Origin: Candidatus Campbellbacteria bacterium RIFOXYC2_FULL_35_25
Lineage (GTDB): Bacteria; Patescibacteriota; Minisyncoccia; Phycocordibacterales; UBA12079
Length of the DNA stretch: 64,000 bases
NCBI GenBank assembly: GCA_001774495.1
Contig: MFAE01000014.1
Span: 10,573 to 74,572, forward strand
Direction of reading: 5' to 3'
The position numbers and the translations under genes were made by a program. The notes beneath the pieces are model-generated. The model was not told where the DNA came from and made no database searches. It worked only from the letters and a program-made list of their open reading frames with translations. Shown here piece by piece: positions 30,326 through 39,552 of this stretch (its first letter is position 1; every line of letters begins with the position of its first letter).

Positions 30326-30442
30326 TTTTTATTGACAGTTACAAGACTTTTGCTTGACAAAATAGTTTAGGTTGTTATTATTTAAGTAAACACAGTTCTT
30401 TATGGTAAAGTAGTCTTAATTTAAGAAAATAAGGAGAATGCA

Positions 30443-30529
30443 ATGAATACAGAGATGACAATCGAAGAAGTTTTTAAAAAGGAACGTCGCGGGCCAAAGG
30501 GTGGTTGTTCTAACGGAATCGCGGTGTAA
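30443..30529 (+). CDS. Putative RiPP precursor (28 aa, MNTEMTIEEVFKKERRGPKGGCSNGIAV), not in ORF track
   Basis: AAGGAG SD, TTGACA promoter, downstream hairpin, directly upstream of an ATP-grasp gene. Confidence 0.65.
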   Translation: MNTEMTIEEVFKKERRGPKGGCSNGIAV

Positions 30530-30616
30530 TAACACCAAGCTCTTTTTTAGCAGAGAGGTGACGCAAGTCACCTCTTAACTTTTTTAGAAATCAGATTTTA
30601 ACAAAAGGAGCTTAGA

Positions 30617-31576
30617 ATGTTATTAATATTTTCTAGTACCTTGTCAAAGAAAAGTTTTCAACTCCAATTATTTGTAGAGGAAATGAAAAGAAGAGGTCTT
30701 CCTTGTGTTGTTGTTGATGTTCATGACATCGCTACTAATACAAAATTCTCAATTCAGCATAGTAATGATGGTGCATTTTTGTTTGAAGATGGTCAAAAAA
30801 TAATATCACCCCAAAAAGTTTATGTCATGAATGTTTGGAGAACTGATTCAATTATACGTTTACCCCCAGATTTTGATAAACCTCAATTGATTAGAAACAG
30901 AGTCTCTCAATTCGTAAATGATATTCGTTTTATTTTTGAAGATTGCATGTGGGTTCCTGGGAGAATTGAGGATATTGAGCGGGCTGATTCAAAAATGAGG
31001 CTATTCAAAGAAGCAGTTAGTTGTGGCCTCAATGTTCCTCGTTTTACAATCGATTCGCCTCATTACGATGGTAAGTTTGGAATTCCCGTCTATAAAAAAA
31101 GTCTTGGGTACCCATTTTCTATTTCTTACTCTAAGCAAAAGAAAAAAGAGGTTGCAGTTATTACGACAAATCTTCTTGTTGACAAGGAAAGTGATTCTGT
31201 GGGAGATGGTTTATTGTGGCAGTGGCAAGCTCCAATTTTGTCGAGCAAACAGATTCGGTGTCATGTTGTTGGAAACAAAATTTGGTCGGTAATGTGGGAT
31301 CGTGGTGTTTGTGGCGTTGAAGATTACAGGCATACATCCAACATAAAAAATGAAGTCATCAATTGGAAGCCCCACTCTCTTCCGGCGGAGATTTCTTCTC
31401 AAATTTTAAAATTAATGAAAAACCTTTCTGTGTGTATGGCAAGCCCAGAGTTTCTCGTTGATAAAAACGGGGATTACATATTAATTGACCTTAATCCTTG
31501 TGGTGATTGGTATGGGTTCTTCTCTAAAATTCAACGCAAAGAAATTTTGGACTCGATTATCCAGTTGTGTTGTTAG
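30617..31576 (+). CDS. ATP-grasp ligase resembling graspetide (MvdC/MvdD-type) maturases
   Basis: RADSKMR, GLNVP, YKKSLG, WQWQ, IRCHVVG, EDYR, IDLNPCGDWYGF. Confidence 0.78.
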   Translation: MLLIFSSTLSKKSFQLQLFVEEMKRRGLPCVVVDVHDIATNTKFSIQHSNDGAFLFEDGQKIISPQKVYVMNVWRTDSIIRLPPDFDKPQLIRNRVSQFVNDIRFIFEDCMWVPGRIEDIERADSKMRLFKEAVSCGLNVPRFTIDSPHYDGKFGIPVYKKSLGYPFSISYSKQKKKEVAVITTNLLVDKESDSVGDGLLWQWQAPILSSKQIRCHVVGNKIWSVMWDRGVCGVEDYRHTSNIKNEVINWKPHSLPAEISSQILKLMKNLSVCMASPEFLVDKNGDYILIDLNPCGDWYGFFSKIQRKEILDSIIQLCC

Positions 31577-31631
31577 GGAAAAATTTTTGTTCGAAACTTG
31601 TTGTAACCAGATAAAGGTTGCAACAAGTTTT

Positions 31632-32195
31632 TTAAAAATATTTTTTAACTTTTTCCGTATAATTTGGGTCTGATATATTGTGGTTAACATCGGGAATTAT
31701 AAAAATCTCTTTTTTAGGAGCAATGATTTTTTTGTAAGAAATTTTTGAACGACGAATTGTTAGTGGCCATTCATTACTACCAACTAAAAAAGTTGTTTTT
31801 GCAGATATTTGTTTTGGAAGTCTTGTAGATTTAAATTCCAACATTCTTCTTTTGCCAAGTATTTTAAAAGCCAAATCTGGTAATTTATTAATATCATCTT
31901 CAAAATAAGGGGATAAAGAGCAAGATATAATTTTGTCTATTTTCGTCTTTTCACTTGCTAATAATGCAATGAAAGCACCAAAAGAAAAACCTATCACTGT
32001 TGTATTTTGATGACTAGAACCAACTTTTTTTGAAAAATCACTCACCCAATCAGACATTTTTTTGTATTTCCATTCGGGTTCCCAAAAAACAACATCGTAC
32101 CCCTTTTCTTTTCCAGATTTTATTAGTTGTTTGTATCCTAGATTTTTTGGGGATTCATGATACCCAGGAATTATATATAATTTTTCTTTTTGCAT
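31632..32195 (-). CDS. Small alpha/beta-hydrolase-like protein (paralog 1)
   Basis: YIIPG, GFSFGA nucleophile elbow, SLSP, C-terminal His. Confidence 0.75.
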   Translation of the reverse strand: MQKEKLYIIPGYHESPKNLGYKQLIKSGKEKGYDVVFWEPEWKYKKMSDWVSDFSKKVGSSHQNTTVIGFSFGAFIALLASEKTKIDKIISCSLSPYFEDDINKLPDLAFKILGKRRMLEFKSTRLPKQISAKTTFLVGSNEWPLTIRRSKISYKKIIAPKKEIFIIPDVNHNISDPNYTEKVKKYF

Positions 32196-32241
32196 AATAA
32201 TTACTACTTACTACTTAATACCCAATACTTGATACTTGATA

Positions 32242-32476
32242 CTATTCTTTCTCCTCCTTCAACTGTACAAAGAATGTTGAACCTTTTCCTTCTCCTTCCG
32301 ATTCTGACCCTATCTTAACATCCTTTTCGGATGTTCGGGCGAACATTTTACAACTAAAACAATTTATAAAATTGTTTTAGTGGTAAAATGTTTTAGCCAA
32401 ACCTTTCCTCCAGGGGCTTTTACTATTTCCTTTATATTTTAACATAATTTTAAAAATTTTTAGTTTTTTATTGACA
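32242..32476 (-). repeat. Histidine kinase 3'-end repeat, copy 3, with 87-bp insert and common arm
   Basis: HK match 32242-32309 and 32397-32434; insert nearly identical to copy 1. Confidence 0.92.
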
Positions 32477-32580
32477 GTATGCTTAAACGAGAGTAGCATT
32501 CAAGCGTAAGAGTTTGTATAGGATAAACTCTGTTCTTTGAGTATTTTTCAGATGGAAACTTGTTTTAAGGAGGTTTCGTT

Positions 32581-32796
32581 ATGTCAAAGTGGACAGACAA
32601 GGATACGTCGGATTATTCGGGGGATTCCCCGAGTAAGGTTTCATCAGCAGAACATCAGGCTCGCGACGATGCCGAAAGGGCTGGATTATTTGAACGTGGT
32701 AATTCTGAGAAAAACAGGGAGCGTTTCAGCCACACAGATGAATCTGGTAAGGAGGCGACAAGTTTTTGGGAATCCATTTTCGGATCCAAAAAATAA
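32581..32796 (+). CDS. Small hydrophilic protein (71 aa)
   Basis: AAGGAGG SD; promoter homologous to 34006-34078; hairpin after stop. Confidence 0.7.
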   Translation: MSKWTDKDTSDYSGDSPSKVSSAEHQARDDAERAGLFERGNSEKNRERFSHTDESGKEATSFWESIFGSKK

Positions 32797-32974
32797 GAAG
32801 TGTGGTGTTGATTTACGGCGGGCAAATGGAAAAAATGCCCGCCACTTTTAATTTATCTTGTTTTTGTTGTATTATATTAAGATAAATCATGAACCATAAA
32901 ATGGTTTCTTATAATTAATTTAATGGCGAATAAGTTAAAATTACAAATCATTTTTATAATTTAAAGCAATTAAT

Positions 32975-33511
32975 ATGAATAGAATTTATAATATAAAATA
33001 TACAGATGCCTATTATATTGATTTATCTTACGGGCATAACAAAAAATTACATAAGACAAAATTATCAGAGCATGAGGCTTATGGGTATGCAGAAAAATAT
33101 GGTAATAATATCGTAATTGCTTTTATAAAAGAAGAAAAAGACGATAGAAAAATCTCAGATAAAATAAAAAGAAAGGAGCATCTCATTAAAGGGATTATTG
33201 TTCCGGATACATCCATTCTATCTAAATTAACAAGTTTTAAAAGAAATATTTTCAAAAATATTCCTTTGGGATCAGAGGTGGTTGTTAATTGGAGAGATAT
33301 AGTTATTGTTGCAAATCAATCAAGATATGACTGTTCCACTATGTATACAGAGGGAGTATTTTTTAGAAACGAAGAAGATCATATTGTTTTAAAAAATCCA
33401 GAAACTATTCGTACCTATCCGACACCAGTTACAAATCATCCGATGGAAAAACCTCTTTTTTATGTTATTCCGAAGTCGTTTATCGTTGATATTTCTCCTG
33501 TAAATAATTAG
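32975..33511 (+). CDS. Hypothetical protein with two repeats of a possible Sm-like beta-barrel
   Basis: Repeat pattern [VI]x[WY]xD...G...IP..I. Confidence 0.6.
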   Translation: MNRIYNIKYTDAYYIDLSYGHNKKLHKTKLSEHEAYGYAEKYGNNIVIAFIKEEKDDRKISDKIKRKEHLIKGIIVPDTSILSKLTSFKRNIFKNIPLGSEVVVNWRDIVIVANQSRYDCSTMYTEGVFFRNEEDHIVLKNPETIRTYPTPVTNHPMEKPLFYVIPKSFIVDISPVNN

Positions 33512-33512
33512 A

Positions 33513-33758
33513 ATGGAAAAAAATAATTTAAAAAAAGAGAGAGAAGAAAACCAAATTGTAGAAATTATTCTGCACGATGATTCAAATACAATAAAAAAGT
33601 ATAAATGTGTTGGTGTTCTGATGAAAGAAAATGAAAAAACGTTAAGAATTGGATTTAACGCTGTTGAAAATGTTGTTAAAGATTATTTAGATATTAAGAA
33701 AAAAAATATAGTGGATATAAAAACAATTAATCCGAAAGAAATTTCTTCTTTATTTTGA
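33513..33758 (+). CDS. Hypothetical protein, possible single Sm-like domain
   Basis: IVEIILHD...CVGVLMKENE...IKKKNIVDI. Confidence 0.6.
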   Translation: MEKNNLKKEREENQIVEIILHDDSNTIKKYKCVGVLMKENEKTLRIGFNAVENVVKDYLDIKKKNIVDIKTINPKEISSLF

Positions 33759-33785
33759 GGTTAAATTTATTTCTATCAATGCCTA

Positions 33786-34011
33786 AAAAATCCACAGTAG
33801 CCAGGCTACTGTGGATTTTTGTTTAGTAACTAAAAACTATCGACTATAAACTATAAACTAAAAACTATTCTTTCTCTTCCTTCAACTGCACAAAGAAAGT
33901 AGAACCTTTTCCTTCTCCTTCCGATTCTGCCCAAACTTTTCCTCCATGAGCTTTTACGATTTCTTTTATATTTTAACATAATTTTAAAAATTTTTAGTTT
34001 TTTTATTGACA
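33786..34011 (-). repeat. Histidine kinase 3'-end repeat, copy 4, with terminator and common arm
   Basis: 33865-33968 matches the HK tail with only synonymous changes. Confidence 0.92.
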
Positions 34012-34123
34012 GTATACTTAAATGAGGGTAATATTTAAGTGTAAAAGTTTGTATAGTACAAACTTTGTTCTTTGAGTAGCTTTTACTCTAAATTTTTTTG
34101 TGCCAAAAAAGGAGGTGGGAGAA

Positions 34124-34237
34124 TTGGGCAAAGATATTATTGAGAAGATTATTCGTGATTCCTGTTATTTGGATAATTATTGTGACACACCGGGATATAA
34201 TGATCATTCCGGAAGTGATGAACATAACAAAAATTGA
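34124..34237 (+). CDS. Putative RiPP precursor with three YxD motifs (37 aa, MGKDIIEKIIRDSCYLDNYCDTPGYNDHSGSDEHNKN), not in ORF track
   Basis: AAGGAGGTGG SD before TTG 34124; directly upstream of a radical SAM/SPASM gene. Confidence 0.72.
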   Translation: MGKDIIEKIIRDSCYLDNYCDTPGYNDHSGSDEHNKN

Positions 34238-34310
34238 TGGAGGAAAAGTTGAAGGAGGGTGTGGTAAAAACACCCTCCTTCTTTAATAAAAAAGGTAATG
34301 AGGTGTTACC

Positions 34311-35399
34311 ATGTTTTATCCGACGCTTAAAGTTGTTTCTAGTAATTGTAATTTAAGATGCGTTTATTGTTATTACAAAGGAATTCACAGAAAAAAACCA
34401 ATAAGGATGAATGATATAACTTTAAAGAGCATAATTCAAAAATTATTAGCACTTAGCGGCGAAGAGAAAGAAGTTCATTTTTACTGGCACGGAGGAGAGC
34501 CTCTTTTAGCCGGAATAGATTTTTATCAAAAGATTATTTTACTGGAAAATGAATTAAATGTGTATGGTAAGAAAATCTGTAACCATATTCAAACAAATGC
34601 CACTTTGTTAACCGATAATTGGGTAGATTTTTTAGTGGGCAATGATTTTAATGTTGGAATTAGTCTTGATGGTCCAAAAGAAATTCAAGACGTCAATCGG
34701 CCAACTATTTCTGGGGGAGGGAGTTTTGATTCTGTGATGAAAGGTTTGAAACTTTTTCAAGAAAGAGAAAAATTTCCTAGTATCATTTCGGTTGTAACCA
34801 ACGAATCCCTCGGTAATGCTAACAAAATCTTTGATTTTTTTGTTGAAAACAAAATTAAAAGATTTTTACCAAAGGATTGCTGTGAAAGAGATGAAACTGG
34901 TAAATTTCTTCCTTTTTCAACAACTCCCGATGAGTATGTTGATTTTTTGATTGAATTATTTGAGTGTTGGATGAGTAAAAACGATCCAACTATCGAAATT
35001 AGAAATCTCTACCAAATAATCAGGGGTGTTGTTGGAGGGAAGACAACCCTTTGTGAGTATAGTGGGAGGTGCCATTTGTTCTTGACGATTGAGTATGATG
35101 GAACAATTGGCGGTTGTGACAGTTTCCCTGTAAAAAATTATCCAATGGGGAACATAAATGATTCCGCTGTTAGCAGTATTTTCGGGAGTCATGGTTATAA
35201 ATCTTTTTTAAGGGATATGGAATCAACAAGATTAGACTGTCACCATTGTGAGTGGTTTGGCAATGTTTGTGGTGGTGGGTGTTTGGGTCATTCCTATTCC
35301 GAACAAAATTCTGCTTGGGGGAAAAATATTTTTTGTACTCCCAAAAAGAGACTCTTTGAATATATAAAAAGAAGAGTCTCCGAAATACAAAATAATTGA
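34311..35399 (+). CDS. Radical SAM/SPASM peptide maturase (anSME/cyclophane-synthase-like)
   Basis: CNLRCVYC, WHGGEPLL, QTNATL, ISLDG; SPASM cysteines CEYSGRC...GGCD...CHHCEWFGNVCGGGC...C. Confidence 0.9.
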   Translation: MFYPTLKVVSSNCNLRCVYCYYKGIHRKKPIRMNDITLKSIIQKLLALSGEEKEVHFYWHGGEPLLAGIDFYQKIILLENELNVYGKKICNHIQTNATLLTDNWVDFLVGNDFNVGISLDGPKEIQDVNRPTISGGGSFDSVMKGLKLFQEREKFPSIISVVTNESLGNANKIFDFFVENKIKRFLPKDCCERDETGKFLPFSTTPDEYVDFLIELFECWMSKNDPTIEIRNLYQIIRGVVGGKTTLCEYSGRCHLFLTIEYDGTIGGCDSFPVKNYPMGNINDSAVSSIFGSHGYKSFLRDMESTRLDCHHCEWFGNVCGGGCLGHSYSEQNSAWGKNIFCTPKKRLFEYIKRRVSEIQNN

Positions 35400-35453
35400 G
35401 TGAAACGGCAGGTAAACACATTGTTGCCTGTCGTTTTTTAATAAGATTTTAAA

Positions 35454-36434
35454 TTACCTTATTATTTTAATAATTTCACTTATAAAGTGTTTATCTATTT
35501 TTTTATTATCGTTTAAATATTCTTTGATCAGAGGATGTAGGTTTATCGCTATAAAAAAGTACACACCTATTTCATCATTTCTAGTTATGTTGCTTTTGTT
35601 ATTTTTAACAGATATAAAAGTATTTTTGTATTTTTTGAGATTTGAAGACGTTGTTTCTTTCGGGTGTTTGTAAAAATATTTATTTGACAAAAATCCGTGG
35701 TAAGAAAACAAAGAATGAACGACAATTTCTTCCATGGTATTTCTCAGGTCACGATAGGGTATTATTTTACTCTTCCCATTCTCTTCATAGAAATGACTGC
35801 TAATTATTCTAATTTTTTTTCCAAATAGCATGTGTAAAAATTCATGGTAAACAACAGATATTGCGTTGTTCAAAATCTCTTTTCCTGTCTCTGAAAGGTC
35901 GTTGCATTCAATTGTTATCCCTTTGTTTTTTAAGTTAGCTCCACCAGATACAATCTTATTTTTGTAAGGGTGTTGCAGTAGATAAATATCAAATTTTCTT
36001 CTTCTAATTTTACCGAATAAAGTTTCTAAAGCATTTATTATTTTTGGTAAAGTCTTATTAATTTCTTTTGTTAATATTTTAATATTTTTTTCTAAAATCT
36101 GGGAATTCCAGATTTCTTTGAATTTATCTTCAAAAATATCAAAAATTTCTTTTAATTCTCCTAGCTCTGTTTTTGTGACAATCTTTGAAAGATTTTTCCA
36201 AACCTTTTTTTCTTTACTTGTGATAAAAAATAATCCTAAATAATTTGCAAAATTATATTTTTGTAAAATTTTTTTAAATTGTTCTAGTGAATTTTTTTCT
36301 TTTTTTGATAAATCGCCGATTTTATTCAGCCAAACTTCATTATAATTTTTTCTGCAAGAAAAATGCCATTCTGTTAAATTTGAAACAAAGAAAAATTTAT
36401 TACCCATTCTGCTATATTTAATATTAAATTGCAT
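35454..36434 (-). CDS. HEXXH (zincin-like) protein
   Basis: SGGA...VYHEFLH...MEEIVV. Confidence 0.65.
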   Translation of the reverse strand: MQFNIKYSRMGNKFFFVSNLTEWHFSCRKNYNEVWLNKIGDLSKKEKNSLEQFKKILQKYNFANYLGLFFITSKEKKVWKNLSKIVTKTELGELKEIFDIFEDKFKEIWNSQILEKNIKILTKEINKTLPKIINALETLFGKIRRRKFDIYLLQHPYKNKIVSGGANLKNKGITIECNDLSETGKEILNNAISVVYHEFLHMLFGKKIRIISSHFYEENGKSKIIPYRDLRNTMEEIVVHSLFSYHGFLSNKYFYKHPKETTSSNLKKYKNTFISVKNNKSNITRNDEIGVYFFIAINLHPLIKEYLNDNKKIDKHFISEIIKIIR

Positions 36435-36505
36435 ATCTATACCTGTGGATTTTTATTTAGTAACTACAAACTAAAAACTATCGACTATAAACTATAAACT
36501 AAAAA

Positions 36506-38092
36506 CTATTCTTTCTCCTCTTTCAACTGCACAAAGAAAGTTGAACCTTTTCCTTCTCCTTCCGATTCTGCCCAAACTTTTCCTCCGTGTGCTTTTACGA
36601 TTTCTTTTACTAAATAGAGACCCAAGCCCGTTCCCATCACACTAACGCTGTTGGCATTTTCGAGTCTGATAAATTTCTTGAAGATTTTGTGAGCTTCCTT
36701 CTTTGGTAATCCGATACCAGTATCTTGTATTTTTAATAGTATTTTATGAGCTTTTTTTGATAGGCTAATATGAATAGAACCCTTCGGAGTATATTTGATT
36801 GAATTATCAATCAAATTGGTGACAATTTGTCTTATTTTTTCTGGGTCAATTTGTGAAAAGAATATTCCTTCTTGTAATTCAAATTTCATTTTTAGGCCTT
36901 TTTCTTCAATAACATGTTTCATGTCATTAACGACTTCTTGAACTATGGGTTTAATATCGGCTTTAACAAAATTAAATTCAATTTTACCTCTCTCTATCCT
37001 TGAAAGGTTAAGGAAGTCGTCTACGATAAAAGCTAGATTGCTACTTGATTGAAAAATTCTTTTAATTATTTCAGAAATTTTTTCAGATGTCGGTCCGTAT
37101 GATCCTTCCATCACCATTGAAGAGTAGCCCTTTATGGAAGCAATAGGGGCTCTTAATTGGTGAGAGGCAACGGAAACAAAATCAGATTTTTGTTGGTCAA
37201 GTTTTTTAAGTCTAATATTCGCTTTTTCAAGTTCCTCTGCAAGTAATTCGATTTTTCTTTTCGCTTGTATTTCTTTGAAAATACTTCTGTTCAGGAGAAC
37301 CACAAAAATGACCATCATGACAAATAAGGCAAAATTTATCATCCATTCATCTACCGAATTCGTTGGCTTCAAAAAATTAAACAAGAAGATTAAGGCCATT
37401 GCTCCAGAAAAAAGTTGAGCAGAGATTATTTTTGTATTTAAAAATTTGTATTTAAGGATAGCGTAACTTACAAAAAATACATATAAGATTATAAAATAAT
37501 TTCCAAAAGGATAAATATTGAAAAGTTGAGGAAAAAAGTTTGTAATTCCCCCACTGAAACCAATAAATCCAGCAATTATTTGGTTTCTTATCTGCCCACG
37601 GTAAAGATAATCTTTTTTATTTTTTAAGTATGTTTTTATTAGATACAGTAAAGAGATTATTATTATAATTATAAAAAAGGTCGGAAATAAAAAATAATAT
37701 TTTCCGGGATCTACCCAATAAAAATCAAAAGTTTTTACCACTCCTAGTTTGAACAATGGAGAAAAACTAAAAATTGCTAATAATCCAGTGAGAAAAAGGA
37801 CAGCTTTTTTAAAATTAGTTTTTTTTATTTCTAAAAAATTAAAAATAAAATTAAGATATAGAATAGGAATAAAAATTGCTGTAAAGTCTAAGCAATATAA
37901 CCATAATAAAGCTGAATTTTCTGTTTGGGAGTAAGCCCCTTTGTAAAGAAAAATGCTCCAAAAAGCAATAAATATAGATAAAATTAACCAAGATTTATTT
38001 AGTTTTGATCTTCTGTTGCTAGAGTATACAATTAAACCAAAACCGATACTGGTAAAAAAAGTTATAATACTTGTTATTCCAAATAATGTCAT
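36506..38092 (-). CDS. 7TM sensor histidine kinase
   Basis: Multi-TM N-terminus; ASHQLRAP, NLIDNSIKYT, DTGIG, GTGLGL, GKGSTF. Confidence 0.93.
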   Translation of the reverse strand: MTLFGITSIITFFTSIGFGLIVYSSNRRSKLNKSWLILSIFIAFWSIFLYKGAYSQTENSALLWLYCLDFTAIFIPILYLNFIFNFLEIKKTNFKKAVLFLTGLLAIFSFSPLFKLGVVKTFDFYWVDPGKYYFLFPTFFIIIIIISLLYLIKTYLKNKKDYLYRGQIRNQIIAGFIGFSGGITNFFPQLFNIYPFGNYFIILYVFFVSYAILKYKFLNTKIISAQLFSGAMALIFLFNFLKPTNSVDEWMINFALFVMMVIFVVLLNRSIFKEIQAKRKIELLAEELEKANIRLKKLDQQKSDFVSVASHQLRAPIASIKGYSSMVMEGSYGPTSEKISEIIKRIFQSSSNLAFIVDDFLNLSRIERGKIEFNFVKADIKPIVQEVVNDMKHVIEEKGLKMKFELQEGIFFSQIDPEKIRQIVTNLIDNSIKYTPKGSIHISLSKKAHKILLKIQDTGIGLPKKEAHKIFKKFIRLENANSVSVMGTGLGLYLVKEIVKAHGGKVWAESEGEGKGSTFFVQLKEEKE

Positions 38093-38769
38093 TTTATTTT
38101 TTTAAATTCTAATATTTGCCAACCTCTTTTTTTTGCTTCTTTTTTTAATTTTGTGCTCGGGTTAACAATAAAAGGATATTTAACTAATTCTAGCACAAAA
38201 ATATCTGAAAAATGATCACCGTATCCCCAACTTTCTTGGTCTTCTAAAGAGATACCTTTTTCCTGTAAGAAATCTAGCATTTTTTTTACTTTATTTTTGC
38301 CATATGTGACATTTCCACTTATTTTTCCTGTAAAAAAACCATCTTTTGTTTCTAGTTTTGTGCAAATATAATCATTAATAGTTAGATGGTTGGCCACTTC
38401 TTTGATTATAATCTCAATAGCGTTGGAGAGTAAAATTATTCTTCTTCCTTTTTCTTTATGTTCTTTTAGTAAGTTCAAAGCCTCTTCGTAGAAATATTTA
38501 GATAGATTATTATCAAAAAAATCTTTGGAAATTTTTTCTATATCGCTCACATTTTTATCTTTAAATAACTCGAAAGAGTATTCGGCAATTTTTTGAGGAT
38601 CACTAACAAAACCTAGTTTATAAAAAATAAACCAAATCATTATTTTAAAATATTTAAGATAAGATAAAAGACCTTTTTTGAGAAGGTATTTTATAAATAA
38701 TTGCTGACTCTGAGTTTTAATCAAAGTATCATCAACATCTAAGATAACTATGCCGTTATTGATTCCCAT
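38089..38769 (-). CDS. HAD-IB family hydrolase
   Basis: LDVDDTL, LLSNA, GYGDHFSD, VNP. Confidence 0.88.
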   Translation of the reverse strand: MGINNGIVILDVDDTLIKTQSQQLFIKYLLKKGLLSYLKYFKIMIWFIFYKLGFVSDPQKIAEYSFELFKDKNVSDIEKISKDFFDNNLSKYFYEEALNLLKEHKEKGRRIILLSNAIEIIIKEVANHLTINDYICTKLETKDGFFTGKISGNVTYGKNKVKKMLDFLQEKGISLEDQESWGYGDHFSDIFVLELVKYPFIVNPSTKLKKEAKKRGWQILEFKKIK

Positions 38770-39491
38770 TTTTCTCTGTGTGGATAAGGTTTATCTGATA
38801 ATTTTTCTATTCTGAGCATTATTTTTGTGGTCAATGTTCTTAATGCTTTTTTATTTAATTTTGCTTTCTCAGTATATGATGAAAGGTGAAGAGGTTCTCC
38901 AATATGTATTTCAATAATTTTTTTAAACTTTGGTTTCTTGTCATATCTAGTCATAACTTTTTCCGCATGCTTAATCCCCACAGGAACAACAGGAATATTG
39001 TTGAGTGTCGCATATTTTGCCACCCCAGTAAAAGCTTTTATCATTTGTGTTTCATCTGGGTTCCTTGTTCCCTCTGGGAAAATGCCGATCATAAATCCTC
39101 TGCTCAGGTGTTCGCTTACTAGGTTGTGAACCTCTCTTTTATCTTTACTTGTTCTCTTCACTTCGATTTGTCCCGTTATTCGCATTAGAGGAAGCCAAAA
39201 TCTATTTGTGAAAAATTTTTCGGCAGATAAGTAATGAATATTTCTAGGAGAGATAGCAATAAAACAGATAAAATCAAAATAGCTTTGATGGTTAAAGGCA
39301 ATAAGAACCGCTCCTTTTTTTGGTATATTTTCTAACCCGGTTATTTTTTTAACCCAAATTAATCTAACAATAGGGCCAAATATTTTTCTGATAAGGAAGT
39401 AAGAAAATTTAACAAAAGTAGTGTCACTTTTACAATTTATATGGGTATTTTTTTTCTGTTTATCGTTCTCGTCCGCTATATTTTCTTTCAT
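38748..39491 (-). CDS. plsC: 1-acyl-sn-glycerol-3-phosphate acyltransferase family
   Basis: NHQSYFD, FPEGTR, PVVPVGI. Confidence 0.85.
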   Translation of the reverse strand: MKENIADENDKQKKNTHINCKSDTTFVKFSYFLIRKIFGPIVRLIWVKKITGLENIPKKGAVLIAFNHQSYFDFICFIAISPRNIHYLSAEKFFTNRFWLPLMRITGQIEVKRTSKDKREVHNLVSEHLSRGFMIGIFPEGTRNPDETQMIKAFTGVAKYATLNNIPVVPVGIKHAEKVMTRYDKKPKFKKIIEIHIGEPLHLSSYTEKAKLNKKALRTLTTKIMLRIEKLSDKPYPHREKWESITA

Positions 39492-39552
39492 ATTTAAAAT
39501 TATACCCCAAAATTTGATATTAAAAAGTATTATAAAAAATTAGAAACAATTA

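Noticed and set aside
30166-30360. 64-aa minus-strand ORF
   Set aside because: Off-frame reading of the HK-tail repeat and promoter arm
34098-34286. 62-aa track ORF as the rSAM precursor
   Set aside because: It begins upstream of and runs through the SD. The frame starting at TTG 34124 has proper SD spacing and the YxD motifs.
23481-36610. Diversity-generating retroelement TR/VR pairs
   Set aside because: Differences are synonymous and not adenine-specific; no reverse transcriptase in the window
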